Origin: Oculina patagonica
Lineage: Eukaryota
NCBI RefSeq assembly: GCF_052425735.1
Contig: NC_135760.1
Span: forward strand, 16,988,001-17,052,000
Direction: 5' to 3'
Length of the DNA: 64,000 nucleotides
This document shows, piece after piece, positions 61,821 through 64,000 of the stretch; the first letter of the stretch is position 1, and every line of letters starts with the position of its first letter. Below the pieces are notes generated by a model, which did not search any database, had not been told where the DNA came from, and was given only the letters and a program-made list of their open reading frames with translations. The position numbers and the translations under genes were made by a program.

Positions 61821-62837
61821 ATGAATGCCAAACTTCAAGTATTGTTATTTGCTCTTGTACTGCTGGCAAGTGTGATTAGTGAAGGTGATAGTTTCACCAG
61901 CGCGGGTGGACACACTGGACGTAAACGATCCAATATACAGGTATGAAATAACTAAATACTTGGATTTTACAACTGAAACGTTACGTTTGTGACTGACCGA
62001 CGAAAGAACGAACCAACCAACCAACCAACCAGCCACCGACTGACCGACCGACCAACCGAACGAACGAACGAACGAACGAACGGCCATCCGACCGACCGAA
62101 ACTGAAGCCACATGACACGTTTTTGCTACAAACGTAAAGAAAAGTAACATTTGACTTATATTTTCACGATGGTGTAAAAATAGCAGAAATTGCTATTTTC
62201 TTGCATTTTTCTTTTCATTTCTGAATTTATTTCATAAATTAACCTACAATTTAGCGTTATAATGTTATAAAGGTTTTTTATTTTTTTTTTTTACCGTATC
62301 CTTTTAACAGCCGGGCAAACAAGTGCCCAGATCCCTCTCCTGAGAGTTTCCTTGATCCCGCGATCGTCGCCATGGTGACAAACTGAAGTGTGACCAACTT
62401 TCTGATTGGGAAATTAGTTTCTTTTGTCATGTGATCATGATTGTAGCGATTTATTTCGGTTTTTATATATTTGGCTAAACTGTCGTTGAACAGAAGACTA
62501 CCTGTTGTCCGTAAAAAGCTGGAGAAATGTAATCATGTAATATTCAAAACGTATTCTGTCTTTTTTTTTATTTTTTAAGATGTCGGAGGAAAGTAATACA
62601 TTACCGCTTAGAACAAGAAATCTTCATCTGACTCAAAAGGTATATTTACAAAAATCAACTCTTGAAATATTTTTCAATGTTGTTTTTCCTTAAGATGTAT
62701 AATTCCTTGAGCAAGTTTAATCTCTCCTCTGCTCTGGTATCTTTTCTTATTGTTGATTACTTTTCTGTTCGTAGGACTCTGATGTAGTACGTGTGCGAAG
62801 GGATCAACTCTGCGAGTATGCTAAAAGGACCTGTTGA
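61821..62837 (+). CDS. Small secreted prepropeptide (60 aa), predicted amidated peptide FTSAGGHT-NH2
   Basis: join(61821-61940,62775-62837): MNAKLQVLLFALVLLASVISEGDS|FTSAGGHT|G-RKR|SNIQ-DSDVVRVRRDQLCEYAKRTC*. Strong acceptors at 61805 and 62774, donor CAG|GTATGA, and AATAAA at ~62908 and ~62942. Confidence 0.7.
61993..62102. repeat. Compound tetranucleotide microsatellite (ACCA/ACCG/AACG) in the peptide-gene intron
   Basis: aaccaaccaacc...gaccgaccgacc...aacgaacgaacg. Confidence 0.8.
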
Positions 62838-63102
62838 TGATTAATTTAACAAAAGAAGAAAATTGTGCATTTGAATTTATTGTCCAAGAAAAACGTGCTT
62901 CTACTTTAATAAATTAATTGTAAATTTGTTGAGTTTGACTAAATAAAGGAAAGAACAAAGCAAAAATTCCATTGTCAGTCATTTTCTGACATAACTTTAT
63001 GGACGTCCACACTGAAATAAGATCTTAGTTGTTATAAATAAAAAAGAAGATTATACTACACAAGCTGGAAAAATTAAAAGGCATCACAATGTTGAGCCAA
63101 GA

Positions 63103-63436
63103 TAAGCAAGGCTGACACTACGTAGAAATGAAAAAACCTTAACGGGACAACGACATGATAGAGTCCAAACTGAAAGTCAAAAATGCAAACTCTGGACAGC
63201 TGTTTCGACCTGATTGGGTCTCTTCAGCAGAGTGTATGCCGCACAGAATAGAACAACCAGCGCAAAGACAGTTGTCTAAATGTTTAAGTGCTCGTGGTAA
63301 TGACAATCCGGATGGGCTCAAATTTTTTTTTGGGGGAAAGTTATAACTTTTTTGCAAACACCCGCTTGGACTCTATCATGTCGTTTTCCCGTTATAAAGG
63401 TTTTTTCATTTCTACGTAGTGTCAGCCTTGCTTTAC
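63103..63436. repeat. ~65-bp inverted repeats flanking the hammerhead (probable Penelope-like pseudo-LTR remnant)
   Basis: aagcaaggctgacactacgtagaaatgaaaaaacctt..aacgacatgatagagtccaa pairs with ttggactctatcatgtcgtt..aaggttttttcatttctacgtagtgtcagccttgctt. Confidence 0.75.
63189..63233 (-). ncRNA. Minimal type I hammerhead ribozyme (Penelope/retrozyme-type)
   Basis: Minus strand: ACUCUG CUGAAGA GACC caauca GGUC GAAAC AGCU GUC^CAGAGU. Stem I is 6 bp, stem II is 4 bp, stem III is short and palindromic, and the core is complete. Confidence 0.8.
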
Positions 63437-64000
63437 TTGTCTCTGTCATTTTTATTTTTGGCAGATTAGAGCTGTCGCCAGCTCCTATCGTACACTAGCA
63501 GCATTTTCGTCCGCGGTCCCTTGCTTTCTATTGTCAATCACAATGTTATCCAGTGCTCTGCACGAATTGCGGCCCTATGATGCAGACAATAGGCGATTTC
63601 CGAGTAACGTTTTGCCTCTGTGTAAAAACAAGTCTACGTGTGAAACCATTCACATGAAAATGAGTTTCACCTGCACGCCCATTTTAATGCAAATCAAACT
63701 TATTATTTTATTTGAATGGTTTCGCACGATGACTCACGAGGACGCTGAAATGACTTATTTCAATAACAGCTTGTAAAAATCAATTTTATCGGCTAGCAAA
63801 GAGAATTCAGATACCAAGAGTGTTTAACGTCAAACAAAGAACATTGAGGATGTTTAAAACGATGCGCAAACTTGCCCCAGCCTATTTACAATAACTATTC
63901 ACTCCCCGCCACACAAAATACAATCCGAGATGCGTAGAAGACAACCTTGCTTTGCCTAAGCCGCGAGCAAATTATTTAAAACGAAGTTTTAGCTTTAGAA

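Noticed and set aside
62296-62310. GTATCCTTT U12-like donor in the peptide-gene intron
   Set aside because: It lies within a pyrimidine tract with no upstream exon or matching U12 branch; probably chance.
434-63776. Numerous 60-170 aa ORFs in introns, MITEs, LTRs and across the N gap
   Set aside because: No recognisable domains. They overlap repeats or are read-through extensions of the small real exons already annotated.

Overview
AT-rich, intron-containing animal genomic DNA; the repeat and gene content suggest an anthozoan, probably a stony coral (inference). Most of the window is a tandem segmental duplication (copy A ~1-14100; copy B ~25870-54100, with copy B's 5' exons at ~20500-25500) of a multi-exon + strand gene that I assembled by hand from splice sites. 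The predicted protein has two TTC4/Cns1-like Hsp90-clamp TPR modules, each with a U12-type intron. These are spliced to one giant exon encoding 14-16 near-identical 40-aa TPR repeats, variable mainly at groove positions, and a CHAT caspase-like protease with an intact His/Cys dyad. Copy B is complete (11 coding exons, ~1507 aa). Copy A is 5'-truncated by the window edge and has two probably artefactual frameshifts. Copy B's introns hold two very young full-length LTR retrotransposons (Gypsy and BEL/Pao), both with identical LTRs, TSDs and coding lesions. The window also contains a non-autonomous Helentron, nested TTAA-target TIR elements, many MITEs, a tRNA-derived SINE, an assembly gap, an unannotated 60-aa secreted prepropeptide gene predicted to yield FTSAGGHT-amide, and a minimal type I hammerhead ribozyme.
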